Shown here in pieces: positions 1-10,771 of a stretch of 64,000 nt of DNA. Position 1 is the stretch's first letter; each line of letters opens with the position of its first letter. Made by a program: the position numbers and the translations under genes. The notes under the pieces are model-generated. The model saw only the letters and a list, made by a program, of their open reading frames with translations, was not told the DNA's origin and did not search any database. Source of the stretch: an uncultured Candidatus Rokubacteria bacterium (GTDB taxonomy: Bacteria; Methylomirabilota; Methylomirabilia; Rokubacteriales; DASRDR01); the NCBI GenBank assembly GCA_963826115.1, contig CAWGVS010000006.1, forward strand, positions 128,001-192,000, written 5' to 3'.

Positions 1-310
1 CAGTGGCGAGGAGATCGCCCCCGGCGAAGCCGCCCACGGTGTTGACCAGGGCGTCGAGGCGTCCGTGGCGCGCCGCCACCTCGGCGACCAGCCGCCGGAC
101 GCCGTCGGCGTCGGTCACGTCCGCCGCCACGCCGTCGAGCCGCTCGCGCGTCGCGTCCGGGGCGAGGCGGGCGAGCGCGTCCCGATCGCGCGCGTCACGG
201 TAGGTCACGACGACCGTCGCGCCGGCCTCGAGGGCGCCGAGAGCGACCGCGGAGCCGAGCGCCCCGGTCCCGCCCGTGACCAGCACGACGTGGCCGCGCA
301 TCCCGCTCAC
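1..310 (-). CDS. SDR family oxidoreductase (N-terminal part; runs off window start)
   Basis: Manual translation from GTG 310/ATG 301: MRGHVVLVTGGTGALGSAVA...GRLDALVNTVGGF, with TGxxxGxG-like Rossmann motif; start overlaps the stop of the upstream gene (GTGA). Confidence 0.85.
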   Translation of the reverse strand, partial: MSGMRGHVVLVTGGTGALGSAVALGALEAGATVVVTYRDARDRDALARLAPDATRERLDGVAADVTDADGVRRLVAEVAARHGRLDALVNTVGGFAGGDLLAT

Positions 311-813
311 GTCGGGAGCCGCCAGAGCGGCCCGGCCGGCGCCTCGGCGGCGAGACGGAACTGAGGGAGGACCGCGTCGGGACCGACCCGCTGGAAGCAC
401 GCCTCGACGCGCGCCCCGATCGCGACCCGCTCCTCGCGCTCCGGCTCGAAGCTCGGGGTCACGAGGTTCGCGACCAGCCGGACGCCGTCGTCGGGCGTCG
501 GCTCGCCGCGCTGCTCGTCGAGCTCCACCACCACGACGGGGTAGGGAGCCCAATCCCGGAAGCCAGGCTGGATCGCCTGGACCACGATCACGTACGTGTG
601 GATCGTGCCGCGGCCGCTCACCGGCACCCAGGTCCAGGCGAGCGAGGCGCACCACGGGCAGCCGGCGCCGGGCGGATACCGGAGTCGCCGGCAGTCCGCG
701 CAGCGGCGGACGACGAGCTGGCCCGCCCGCGCGGCCTCGAAGTAGCCGTGCCACTCGGAGTCGGTTTCCGGCACGATGAGGGCCATGCCGCGGTAGACCA
801 CCGGCTCAGGCAC
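307..813 (-). CDS. Zn-ribbon/OB-fold protein (DUF35/ChsH2-like)
   Basis: CADC...CPWC zinc ribbon, SGRGTIHTY and PYPVVVVELDE motifs; adjacent to a thiolase. Confidence 0.9.
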   Translation of the reverse strand: MPEPVVYRGMALIVPETDSEWHGYFEAARAGQLVVRRCADCRRLRYPPGAGCPWCASLAWTWVPVSGRGTIHTYVIVVQAIQPGFRDWAPYPVVVVELDEQRGEPTPDDGVRLVANLVTPSFEPEREERVAIGARVEACFQRVGPDAVLPQFRLAAEAPAGPLWRLPT

Positions 814-2026
814 GGGCCGACCCCAGGATGAGAGCGCTCCCCGTCGCGGGCGACGCCCAGCCCATGTTCATCGCGATCCGCGGGTCCTTCACCTGGCGGC
901 AGCCGCCGGGCCGGTACTCGTAGGTGTGCACGCCCTGCGCCGCCCGCGGGCAGTAGTCGTCGACCGTTCCGCGGAGCTGGCGGACGTTCTCGATGACCAT
1001 GCTCATACCGTGCGTGTAGCCCTCGCAGAGGTGCCCGCCGCTCGTGTTGTTCGGTCGCCGCCCGCCGAGCTCGATGGCGCCGCTCGACACGTACGCGCCG
1101 CCCGCCCCACGCTCGCAGAAGCCGAATGCCTCGAGCTGGAGCATCGCGGTGAAGGTGAACGCGTCGTACGCACCGGTCACGTCGACGTCCTCGGGGCCGA
1201 TGCCCGCGGCCGGGAACACCAGCTCGCGCGCGTGCACGCCGGCGACCGTCGTGTAGCGCCCCTGGTAGAAGTAGTCCGGCCGGTCGCGGTTCACGCGCCC
1301 GGCGGCGGCCAGGATGCGCACCGGCGGCGGGCGGCCGTCCCGGGCGCGCTCGGCGGAGGTGACGACGAGCGCCGTCGCGTTGTCCGTCTCCAGGCAGCAG
1401 TCGAGGAGGTGCAGGGGCTTCACGATCCACCGGGAGGCGAGAACCTCCTCCACCGTCACCGGCGTCCGCTGGAGGGCCTTGGGATTCGCCGCCGCGTGGC
1501 GCGAGTGCGCGGCCTTCACGTGGGCCACCTGCGCCGAGGTCGTCCCGTACTCGAACATGTGGCGCATGAACACGGGCGCGAAGCGCTGGCCGGCGCTGAG
1601 CATCCCGTAGGGGCGGTCGGCCAGCTCGAGACCCCGGACCGGCGTGGCGGCCCGCGCCCCGGTGCCGCCGATCCTGAACTCGCTGTAGCCGTTCATGGCC
1701 CGGAAGATGACGACGGCGCGGCAGAGCCCGACCTCGAGGAGGCCCATGGCGTACGCCACCAGCCCCTCGGTGCTGCTGCCCCCGCCGATCACGTCCGCGT
1801 AGGTGTTGAGGCGGATCCCCAGGTCGGCCGCAATGGCGATCGACGGCGTGGAGTCGTTCGAGTGGTAGGACAGCATGCCGTCGACGTCGCGCGGCGAGAG
1901 CCCGGCGTCGGCGATCGCGAGCCGCACCGCCTCGACGCCGAGCGCGCGGGTCGACCGCCCGGAGGCGCGGCTGTACTCGGTCTCGCCGATCCCCGCGATG
2001 GCGTAGCGGCCCGCGAGGTCGCGCAC
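806..2026 (-). CDS. Thiolase family protein (SCP-x/Ltp2-like)
   Basis: AIAGIGETEY, PLHLLDCCLETD, YDAFTF and NTSGGHLCEGY motifs; coupled to the OB-fold gene. Confidence 0.9.
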   Translation of the reverse strand: MRDLAGRYAIAGIGETEYSRASGRSTRALGVEAVRLAIADAGLSPRDVDGMLSYHSNDSTPSIAIAADLGIRLNTYADVIGGGSSTEGLVAYAMGLLEVGLCRAVVIFRAMNGYSEFRIGGTGARAATPVRGLELADRPYGMLSAGQRFAPVFMRHMFEYGTTSAQVAHVKAAHSRHAAANPKALQRTPVTVEEVLASRWIVKPLHLLDCCLETDNATALVVTSAERARDGRPPPVRILAAAGRVNRDRPDYFYQGRYTTVAGVHARELVFPAAGIGPEDVDVTGAYDAFTFTAMLQLEAFGFCERGAGGAYVSSGAIELGGRRPNNTSGGHLCEGYTHGMSMVIENVRQLRGTVDDYCPRAAQGVHTYEYRPGGCRQVKDPRIAMNMGWASPATGSALILGSARA

Positions 2027-2058
2027 TCAGCCCCCCGCCCCGGCCGCCGCCCGCACGG

Positions 2059-3778
2059 TCAGCGCCGGAATAGGTCGAACGCCTGGACGCGCCGCGCGCG
2101 GGCGAGGGCGTTCGGCGAGCGGTCGGCCAGGATCGTCGCGAGGTGCTCGGCCGTGAGCGCCGAGGGCACCATGACGTAGTCGGCGCCCGCCGTGTAGAGC
2201 TCCTGCGCGCCCTCGGCGCTGTCGGCGGTCACGATGATCCGGGCCGCCGGCGCCAGCGAGCGCACCGTGCGCAGGAGTCTGCAGGTTGCTCGTGCCCTTG
2301 AGGAACCAGTCGGAGATGCCGGAGATCACGATGGCCGCCCGGTCGATGCCCGCGTGCTCCATCGTCGCCATGTTGGCGATGTCCCCGTAGTGGGACTCGA
2401 CCCCCTCGTTCCCGAGCCGCTCCAGCATCTCGGGGTTGAAGTCGATGGCGACCAGCCGGTTCTTGAGCGCCGGGGCGGTGCGGCCGAGATGCTGCACGAA
2501 GGCGAGGCCCTCGCGCGACACCCCCAGCAGAAAGACGTCGCTTCCCTCGCCGCCGTGCTTGCCCCTGCCGCCGCCCTCGGCCGTCGCGGGTTCGGCTCCG
2601 AACCAGCGCCGCAGCCCGACCGCGTTCAGGACCCCGGCCAGCCACGTCGCGATCCCGTGGTTGTACATGATCCCGTACGTCGAGATCACCGCGGTGAAGA
2701 GCACGGTGTAGAGGATGAGGGAGTTCGCCGCCGGGCTGATGTGCTTGTAGACCATGCCCAGCGAGAAGATGACGAGCGCGAACTCGCTGATCTGGCCCAG
2801 GTTGATGGCCACCACGCCCGCGGTGCGGGTGTCGAGGCGCAGGAACGCGAAGAGGGGGTACATGGCCAGGAAGCGGCTCAGGACCACGAACACGACGCCG
2901 CCGAGCGCCGCGAGCACCGCGGGCAGCGAGGGCTCCGGGATCTTGAGTCCCAGGGCCACGAAGAAGAGCGTGAGGAAGAAGTCGCGGACTCCGCCGACCC
3001 GCGAGATCACCTCGGCGCCGTAGGGGTAGGAGGCGATGACGACGCCGGCCATGAGGGCCCCCATCTCCTTCGAGAGGCCCGCCCACCCGGCGACGCCGGC
3101 GACCAGGAAGCACCAGGCCATCGCGCTCACCACGACGAGCTCCGAGGACTTCGCGATGACCCGGAAGTACGCGGGCAGGACGAAGCGCGCCATCACCCAG
3201 GCGCCCCCCACCAGGGCGACGCCGGCCACCAGCGAGCGGAGCAGGAGCATGGCCTGCAGGTTCTGGAGGTTGGGCTGGATGGCGAGGAACGCGATCGCGT
3301 AGAGGTCCTGGAAGATGAGTACGCCCAGCGTGACGCGCCCGCCGAAGGTGCCCAGCTCGAACTTGTCGGACAGGAGCTTGACCACGATGAGGGTCGACGA
3401 CAGCGCGCTCGCGAAGGCGAGGTAGAGCCGGTCGAACTGGCCGCCGGTGGACGTGACGACCGGCCCGAGGACCAGCCAGGCGAGGCCGGCGCAGATCGGG
3501 ACCTGGAGGAGCCCGGTGGCCGTGATCGCCCGCCCGGCCTGGAGGAGCCGCGGCAGGCTGATCTCGAGGCCGATGAGGAAGAGGAGCAGGATCAAGCCGA
3601 TCTCGGCGATCAGCTCGATGCTCTCCTCGTCCGTGACCACGTGGAACCCGATGTGCGGGCCCAGGACCGCGCCCGCGAGGATGTACCCGAGGATGAGCGG
3701 CTGGTTCAGGCGGCGCGCGACGAAGGCGAGGACGGCGGCGACGATGATGCTGAAGCCGATGGAGGTCAGCAGGTCCAT
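2059..3778 (-). CDS. CPA2 cation:proton antiporter/Kef-type K+ efflux protein with TrkA-N domain (+1 frameshift near 2281)
   Basis: Many TM segments, SSTLIVVKLL, LIFQD, QISEF. The RCK domain continues in the 2059..2265 frame (RSLAPAARIIVTADS...GADYVMVP). Confidence 0.88.
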
Positions 3779-3854
3779 GAGGCGCCGCCAGTATACATCG
3801 TGATCTGGTCAGGCCGGCCCGGGCCGACGTTCCATCACACGGTCGCGCAGCCCC

Positions 3855-4104
3855 CTACGCATCCATCCCCAAGACGCGGTCCACGTCGATGACGAAGCCG
3901 ATCCCGGTCTTCGGGGAGAGCGGCTCCCGGATCACCGACCGCGTCGCCTGGACGAGGGCGTCGACCAGATGGTCGTCCACGACCGACAGCAGCATCTGCG
4001 TGGTGTCGTAGATAGGTCGCCGCCAGCCCCGGCGCGAGCCAGTAGAGGAGGAGCGCGGCGGCGGCCCAGGCGGCGACGAGCCCGAGCAGGAACGACCGGG
4101 TCAC
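3855..4104 (-). CDS. Small membrane protein: TM helix plus PII-like C-terminal half (+1 frameshift near 4011)
   Basis: Removing one base gives MTRSFLLGLVAAWAAAALLLYWLAPGLAATYYDTTQMLLSVVDDHLVDALVQATRSVIREPLSPKTGIGFVIDVDRVLGMDA; GGAGG upstream of the start. Confidence 0.55.
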
Positions 4105-4173
4105 GGGACCCTCCGGGGGCCGATGCGCGGCGCGCGGGCAGGATCGGGGTCGGGCCTCATGGGCGTGCCTCCT

Positions 4174-6159
4174 TCAGTCGGCGTTGGCAGTCGGCGTTGG
4201 GAGGATGGCGGGTCCGGCGCCGCGGGCGGCCGCGACCAGGAGGTCGATCTGCGCCGGCAGCCCGAAGACGCGGAGACGGTCGCCGGCCCGCAGCACGGCG
4301 TCGGCCGACGGGTTGACGGCCACGGAGCCGTCGGGGCGCGTGACCGCGACGACGGTCACGCCGAAGCGCTCCCGGATGTGAGTGTCGCGCAGCGTGAGAC
4401 CGTCGAGCGGCCCGACCGAGACCTCGACGTCCCGCACCTCGGGGAGCCCGGGCTCCGCGCCGGACGTCGGGGGCGTGCGCCGGGCGTCGGTCATGGCATC
4501 GCGGAACCGCTCGAGGTAGACGGTGAGCCGGTCGTCCGGCAGTGCGAGGTGGTGGAGGGCGTGCCGGATGAACGTGGCGGCCGCCTCGAGCTCGGGCTCG
4601 ACCACCGTGGTGGCGCCGGCCGCGCGCAGCGCGTCTCCGGCCTCGCGGCGGTGGGCGCGGGCCAGGACCGGCACGCGCGGGTTGATCGCCCGCACGCGCG
4701 TCACGACCAGCCGCGCATGCTCCGCGTCCGGCAGCGTCATGACCACGAGGGCGGCGCGGGGGACGCCCGCCGCCTCGAGGAGCTGGGCGTGCGCGGCGTC
4801 CCCGTAGAGGGACGGGATCCCGCGGGCCCGGAGCGCTCGCACGGCGTCGGGGTCCGTCTCCACCGCCACGTAGCGCACGCCGAAGGTCTCGAGGGCCTCC
4901 CCGACCGCGCTGCCGACCCGCCCGAATCCGCAGAGGACCACGCGCGCGTCGTCGTGGCTCCGCGGCCCCTCGTTCACGCGGAGGCTGCGGTCCACGCCCG
5001 CGCGGCCGAGCCACTGCGGCACGAGGCGGACGAGCGCGGCGTTGGCCAGGATCGTCACCAGCGCCGTCGCCAGCGTGGCGTTGTAGACGTCCGGCCCGAC
5101 GAGGCCCGCGTCCAGGGCCGCCTGCACCAGGAGGAACGAGAACTCGCCGATCTGGGTGAGGCCGACGCCGACGAGGAGCGCCGTCCAGAGGGGGTAGCCG
5201 AAGAGCGCGACCACGCCCGTCCACAGCACGAGCTTCCCCACCAGGACGAGCCCGATCATGACGCCGAGCAGGGGGAGGTTCGACAGGGCGACCCGCGGGT
5301 CGATGAGCGCGCCCAGTGTCACGAAGAACAGCGCCACGAACGCGTCGCGGAGCGGCAGGACCTGGGCGAGCGTCTCGTGCGCGTAGTCCGATTCGCTCAA
5401 GAGCAGGCCGGCCAGGAACGCGCCCAGCGCCAGCGACAGCCCCGCCGCCTGGGTCAGCGCGGCGGTCCCGATCACGATCGCCAGGACCACCAGGAGAAAC
5501 AGCTCCGGACTCCGCGTGCGCGCCACCCAGGTGAGCACGCGCGGCATCACGCGGGAGGCGAGGAGCCAGAAGGGGATGAGGATGGCGGCGGCCCGGAGGA
5601 GCCCGAGCCCCACGCCCACGAGGCCCTCCGTCCCGCGTGTCCTCAGGATGGGCATCAGCACGACGAGGACCACCACCGCCAGGTCCTCGACGAGCGTGAT
5701 GCCGATCATCACGCGCCCGTGGCGCGTGTGGAGCTCCCCTCGGTCCACAAGGAGGCGCGCCATGACCATGGTGCTGGCCACGGAGATGACGATGCCGACC
5801 ACGAGGCCCTGGACGGGCGGCCAGCCGAGGACGAGACCCACGCTCAGTCCCAGCCCGATGGAGAGGAGGATGCCGAGCGGGGCGCCGAGGAGGGCAACCC
5901 GGCGCACCTGCGCGAGGTCGCGGAGCGAGAACTCGACGCCGATCGAGAACATCAGGAGGACGACGCCGATCTCCGCGAAGAGCTCGAACGAGTGGACGTC
6001 CGACACCGAGGGGCCGGGGGTGAGCGGGCTGACGAGGATGCCGCCCATGACGTAGCCGAGGACGAGCGGCTGCCGCGTGAGCCACGCGAGCCCGCCCCCG
6101 AGCACGGCGGCGGCGAACACGTAGGCCAGATCGCGGAACACCAGCGGCTCGGTCACCAC
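4174..6159 (-). CDS. CPA2 antiporter with TrkA-N and TrkA-C domains (YbaL/RosB-like)
   Basis: LLMFSIGVEFS, LVEDLAVV, QIGEFSF, CGFGRVG, YGDAA, C-terminal RCK-C (IRERFGVTVVAV). Confidence 0.92.
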   Translation of the reverse strand: MVTEPLVFRDLAYVFAAAVLGGGLAWLTRQPLVLGYVMGGILVSPLTPGPSVSDVHSFELFAEIGVVLLMFSIGVEFSLRDLAQVRRVALLGAPLGILLSIGLGLSVGLVLGWPPVQGLVVGIVISVASTMVMARLLVDRGELHTRHGRVMIGITLVEDLAVVVLVVLMPILRTRGTEGLVGVGLGLLRAAAILIPFWLLASRVMPRVLTWVARTRSPELFLLVVLAIVIGTAALTQAAGLSLALGAFLAGLLLSESDYAHETLAQVLPLRDAFVALFFVTLGALIDPRVALSNLPLLGVMIGLVLVGKLVLWTGVVALFGYPLWTALLVGVGLTQIGEFSFLLVQAALDAGLVGPDVYNATLATALVTILANAALVRLVPQWLGRAGVDRSLRVNEGPRSHDDARVVLCGFGRVGSAVGEALETFGVRYVAVETDPDAVRALRARGIPSLYGDAAHAQLLEAAGVPRAALVVMTLPDAEHARLVVTRVRAINPRVPVLARAHRREAGDALRAAGATTVVEPELEAAATFIRHALHHLALPDDRLTVYLERFRDAMTDARRTPPTSGAEPGLPEVRDVEVSVGPLDGLTLRDTHIRERFGVTVVAVTRPDGSVAVNPSADAVLRAGDRLRVFGLPAQIDLLVAAARGAGPAILPTPTANAD

Positions 6160-6270
6160 CCCGGAGCTCCCCTCGTCGAGGCGCCAGTCGACGACGGAGA
6201 CTTCCGTCGTGGGTGGCGCGTGATCGGACGGACGGCGCGCGACCCGGAGGTCGCGCCGAGGGCTGGGGGG

Positions 6271-6615
6271 CTAGTGGTCCTCGGGCGCGGTCGGCGCGCT
6301 CCGGACGGTCTCGAGCGAGGCGCGAGGGCGTCCGGGCGACGGCTCGGAAGCGGGGCGCTCGAGGCGTGCGCCGGCGGGGCGCGCTCCCGCCGCGCGGACG
6401 TCGGCGACCTGGACCGGTTCGGGCGGGCTCGGCAGGGTGCGGGAGGGCCGCTCGTCGGTGCGGGTCCGCTCGGTCCTCAGCGCGTGGAAGGAGTCCGCCT
6501 CACCGAAGCGGACGACCCCGGGCAGGAGCGGGTTCGAGAAGTCGATCCCGAGGCACGTCAGGAGCACCAGGGTGAACGTCCACACGCCCAGTACTGTATC
6601 CCGGGTCGGGATCAC
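6271..6615 (-). CDS. Hypothetical protein with N-terminal hydrophobic helix
   Basis: 114-aa ORF filling the uvrA-antiporter gap; hydrophobic N-terminus, then DFSNPLLPG and a Pro/Arg-rich tail. Confidence 0.5.
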   Translation of the reverse strand: MIPTRDTVLGVWTFTLVLLTCLGIDFSNPLLPGVVRFGEADSFHALRTERTRTDERPSRTLPSPPEPVQVADVRAAGARPAGARLERPASEPSPGRPRASLETVRSAPTAPEDH

Positions 6616-6658
6616 CGGGAAGCGGTCCCCGCGGATTGTTTGCGGCGGCCGCCGCCCG

Positions 6659-9494
6659 CTAGGCCCGGGCCCGCCGCGGTGCGCGGCGCTCGAGCGGCCG
6701 CGCGTCCTTCAGGAACTCCCCGAGGTACTTGCCGGTGTACGACGCGGCGACCTGCGCGACGGCCTCGGGCGGCCCCTCGGCCACCAGCTCGCCGCCGGCG
6801 TCCCCGCCCTCGGGCCCGAGATCCAGGATCCAGTCGGCGCACTTGATCACGTCGAGATGGTGCTCGACGACCAGCACCGTGTTGCCGGCGTCGACGAGGC
6901 GCTGGAGCACGCCCAGGAGCCGGCGCACGTCGTCGAGGTGGAGCCCGGTGGTCGGCTCGTCGAGGATGTAGAGCACGTCCCGGCCGAGCCGCGCGCCCAG
7001 CTCGGCGGCGATCTTCAGGCGCTGCGCCTCCCCGCCGGAGAGCGTGGTCGCGGGCTGACCGAGCCGGAGGTAGCCGAGCCCCACGTCCTGGAGGACCTGG
7101 AGCCGCCGCGTCAGCCCGGGGGTCGCGGCGAAGAACGGGATCGCCTCGTCGACCGTCATCTGAAGCACCTGGCTGATGTCGCGGCCCTGATAGACGACCT
7201 GGCGGACGTCCGGGCGGTAGCGGCGACCCTCGCACTCGCGGCAGGTGACGTAGACGTCCTCGAAGAAGTACATCTCCAGCTTCTCGAAGCCGTCGCCCTC
7301 GCAGGTCTCGCAGCGGCCGCCGGGGACGTTGAACGAGAAGTGCCCCGGACCGAGCCCGAGCGTCTTCGCCCGCGGCAGGCCGGCGTACAGGCGCCGGACG
7401 TCGTCGAACGCCTTGATGTACGTCACCGGGTTCGACCGCGGGGTCCGGCCGATGGGCTCCTGGTCGATGAGCCGCACCCCGCGCAGGTGCTCGAGCCCGA
7501 GGAGCGCGTCGTGGGCGCCCGGCGCCTCGAAGGACGTCTTGAACGCGCGCGCCACCGCGCGGTAGAGCGTGTCGTGGACCAGCGTCGACTTGCCGGAGCC
7601 GGAGACGCCGGTGACGCACGTGAGCGTTCCCAGGGGGATCCGCGCCCGCACGTGCCGGAGGTTGTGTGCGCGCGCGCCCACCACGGTGAGCCATCGCCCG
7701 TCGCCTTCGCGCCGGCCGATGGGCAGGGGAATGCTGTCGCGCCCGGAGAGGTACCGCGCCGTCAGCGTCCGCATGTCCCGCAGGAACTCGTCCCGCGGCG
7801 CCGCCAGCACGATCTCGCCGCCGCGCTCGCCCGAGCCGGGGCCGAGCTCCACGCAGTGGTCGGCCGACTCGATGAACGTGCGGTCGTGCTCGACGACCAC
7901 CACGGTGTTGCCGGCGTGGGCGAGCTCCCCGCACAGCTCGGCCAGCCGGGTGACGTCGCGCGCGTGGAGCCCGATGGACGGCTCGTCCAGGACGTAGAGC
8001 GTGCCGACCAGCTGAGCGCCGAGCTGGGTGGCGAGCGCGATGCGCTGGGCCTCCCCGCCGGAGAGCGTGCGCATCTGGCGCTCGAGGGTCAGGTAGCCGA
8101 GGCCGACGCGGCGGAGGAAGGAGACCTTGGCGGCCAGGCGGTCCAGCGCCTCCCGCCCGACCTCGGCCTCCCACGCGGTCAACGGGAGCGCCTCGAGCCA
8201 CGACGCGAGCCCGTCGATGGCGAGGGCCGAGACCTCCGCGATGGTGCGCTCGGCGATCGTGACGGCGAGGGCCTCGGGCTTCAGACGCGCGCCCCGACAG
8301 GTCGGGCAGGGCACCTGGCTCCGGTAGCGCGAGAGGAACACCCGCACGTGGAGCTTGTAGCGGTAGCCCTCGACCTCCTCGAAGAAGCCCCGGATGCCGC
8401 AGAAGTCCTTGTCGCCCTCGTAGACCCAGCGCCGCACCGCCTCGGGGAGCTCCGCGTAGGGCCGGCTGCACGTCGATCTTCCGGCGCCGCGCGATCTTGA
8501 GGAGCTCCTTCTGGTACCACTCGCCCGACGGGTGCCGCCAGGGCTCGACCGCGCCGCCGGCGAGCGAGGCGGTCGGGTCGGGCACCACGCGCCCCTCGTC
8601 GTAGCGCAGGAGGTTGCCGAACCCCTTGCACTCCGGACAGGCGCCCAGGGGATGGTTGAAGGAGAAAAGGAGAGGCTGGGGCCGCTCCAGCGGCGTCCCG
8701 CAGGCCTGGCACCCGAACTGCTCGCCGTACCGCCGCACCTCCGGCGGCTGGCCGTCGCGCAGGATCTCCACGACCGCCCGGCCGCCGCCTTCGCGGAAGG
8801 CCTGCTCGAAGGACCCGGCCAGGCGCGTCTGGGCGTCGGGGCGGAGGACGAGCCGGTCGAGCACCACGTCGATGCTCTCGCGGCCCGCGAGGGCGAGGTC
8901 CGGGAGCGGTGACAGCGGAACCACGTCGTCGCCCACCTTGATGCGCGCGAAGCCGCGGGCCACCAGGCGCGCGAGCAGGTCGTCCACGCGATCGGCGGCG
9001 GGCACCGGCAACGGGAACCCCACGAGGACGCGCGCGCCGGCCGCCTCGGCGAGCAGCGCCTCCGCCATGCGGTCCGGGGCGGCCGAGCCGGCGGGGCGGC
9101 CGCAGCGCGGGCAGTGGACGTGGCCGATCTTCGCGTAGAGGAGCCGCAGGTAGTCGGCGAGCTCGGTGGCGGTGCCGACGGTGGAGCGGGCCGTCCGGAC
9201 GGGGTTCTTCTGCTCGAGCGCGATGGCCGGTCTGATGTGCTCGACCAGGTCGACGTCGGGCCGGTCGATCCGCTCGAGGAACATCCGCGCGTAGCTCGAG
9301 AGCGACTCGATGAAGCGCCACTGGCCCTCGGCGAAGATCGTGTCGAAGGCGAGCGAGGACTTCCCGGACCCGGAGACGCCCGTGACGACGGTGACCCGGT
9401 CGTGCGGGATGGCGACCGAGACGTTCTTGAGGTTGTTCTGCCGGGCTCCATGGATGCGGAGCCAGTCAGGGCGTGGCGCGGGGGCGGGCTTCAC
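6659..9494 (-). CDS. uvrA: Excinuclease ABC subunit A (+1 frameshift near 8465)
   Basis: GARQNNLKN, two Walker A motifs GVSGSGKS, zinc fingers, LSGGEAQR twice, LDEPT; the two halves lie in different frames joined near 8465. Confidence 0.95.
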
Positions 9495-9536
9495 AATCGA
9501 CCATTCTACCGTGTCCGGCCAGGGGGCGCCCCGCGC

Positions 9537-9565
9537 TTGACAGCGCGCCGGCCCTCGGGAACGAT
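9537..9565 (+). promoter_or_regulatory. Putative sigma70 promoter of the cytochrome c gene
   Basis: TTGACA-17 nt-AACGAT. Confidence 0.45.
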
Positions 9566-9584
9566 GGCCACGTCGTCGAACGCC

Positions 9585-9902
9585 ATGCGCCCACGATCCG
9601 CGCTCGCCGCGCTCGCCGTTGCCCTCGCGGGCTGCTCCGGTCAGGGCGGCGCGCTCAGCCCGGAGGCCGAGCGGGGCCGGCAGGTGTTCGCCAGCCAGTG
9701 CACGTCGTGTCACTCGAGTGATCCCGCCAAGGCCGGGCCGATTGGCCCCGCCGTGAAAGGCGCCTCCCGGGAGCTTCTCGAGGCCCGCCTGCTCCGGGGC
9801 GCCTACCCGCCGGGGTACACGCCCAAGCGCCCGAGCGCGGTCATGCAGCCGATGCCGCAGCTGGCGGGGAGCTTGGACGACCTCACCGCCTACCTCCGGT
9901 AG
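9585..9902 (+). CDS. Monoheme c-type cytochrome, lipoprotein
   Basis: Lipobox LAGC, CTSCH heme motif, C-terminal Met (VMQPMP) as likely axial ligand. Confidence 0.88.
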   Translation: MRPRSALAALAVALAGCSGQGGALSPEAERGRQVFASQCTSCHSSDPAKAGPIGPAVKGASRELLEARLLRGAYPPGYTPKRPSAVMQPMPQLAGSLDDLTAYLR

Positions 9903-10005
9903 CCGCGCGCCGCCGCGGCGCGGCCGGGATCGCCGGACGCACGTCGGGCCCGGACAACCGCCGGGCCCGACGTGGTGGTGGAGCGTCTGAGCGCGCCTGC
10001 AGCGT

Positions 10006-10704
10006 CTAGCGCATCGCCTCGAACCACGCGTAGTACACGAGGGCGAGGACGAAGCCCGCCCAGAGCGTACCCTTCACGGTGGCCAGCGGCTTTGCCATGC
10101 CCTGCCCGGGCGTGCCCTTGAGCGCGTTGATCTCGACGACGAGCATGACCAACAGCGCCACGACCCAGAACGCCATGCCGTTGCGCGGCACGGGCAGCGT
10201 GAGGTGGCTCGCCGCGCCCATGAAGAACAGCATCGGGACCGAGAGCAGCGTGTTGGTCCGGGACGCGAGTCCGGCGCGCGCGCCGGCGCCGGCCGCGGCG
10301 GGATTCGCCGGGCGTCCGGCGGCCGTGTCGACCGCGTTCTGGATGACGACCTTCTGGCTGGGCCAGATCACGAACCAGACGTTGGCCCACATGACCGTCC
10401 CCAGCAGGCCGCCAAGGAGGATCGCCCACCCGTACGAGCCCGCGAAGAAGCCGCCCTGGTGCGCCCGGTGGATGATGATCAGCCCGCCGGAGAGGAGGGT
10501 GAACATGGCGCCCCACCGGAACCACCACAGCGCCCGCGGCACGAGCTTCTGGATGGCGCCGCTTCGCACCGGGGCCTCGGTCTCGGCGAAGAAGGGCGTC
10601 TGGACGAAGTTGAAATAGTAGAGGAGGCCGATCCAGGTGATCCCGGCCAGGAAGTGGATCCACCTCAAGAGGAACAGCCAGCCTTCGCTACTCGCCAGCG
10701 CCAT
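10006..10704 (-). CDS. PuuD/urate hydroxylase N-terminal-like membrane protein (DUF989)
   Basis: LLRWIHFLAGITWIGLLYYFNFV, LWWFRWGA, NVWFVIWPSQKVV, SRTNTLLSVPMLFFM; GGGAGG RBS. Confidence 0.85.
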   Translation of the reverse strand: MALASSEGWLFLLRWIHFLAGITWIGLLYYFNFVQTPFFAETEAPVRSGAIQKLVPRALWWFRWGAMFTLLSGGLIIIHRAHQGGFFAGSYGWAILLGGLLGTVMWANVWFVIWPSQKVVIQNAVDTAAGRPANPAAAGAGARAGLASRTNTLLSVPMLFFMGAASHLTLPVPRNGMAFWVVALLVMLVVEINALKGTPGQGMAKPLATVKGTLWAGFVLALVYYAWFEAMR

Positions 10705-10741
10705 ACCGAGCCTCCCTGTGCGTGGGGTTTGAGCGGCCTCG

Positions 10742-10770
10742 ATTACATGCCGGGCCCTCCAGGGTGTCAA
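10742..10770 (-). promoter_or_regulatory. Sigma70 promoter of the PuuD-like gene
   Basis: TTGACA-17 nt-TGTAAT on the minus strand, about 38 nt before the ATG. Confidence 0.65.
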
Positions 10771-10771
10771 C

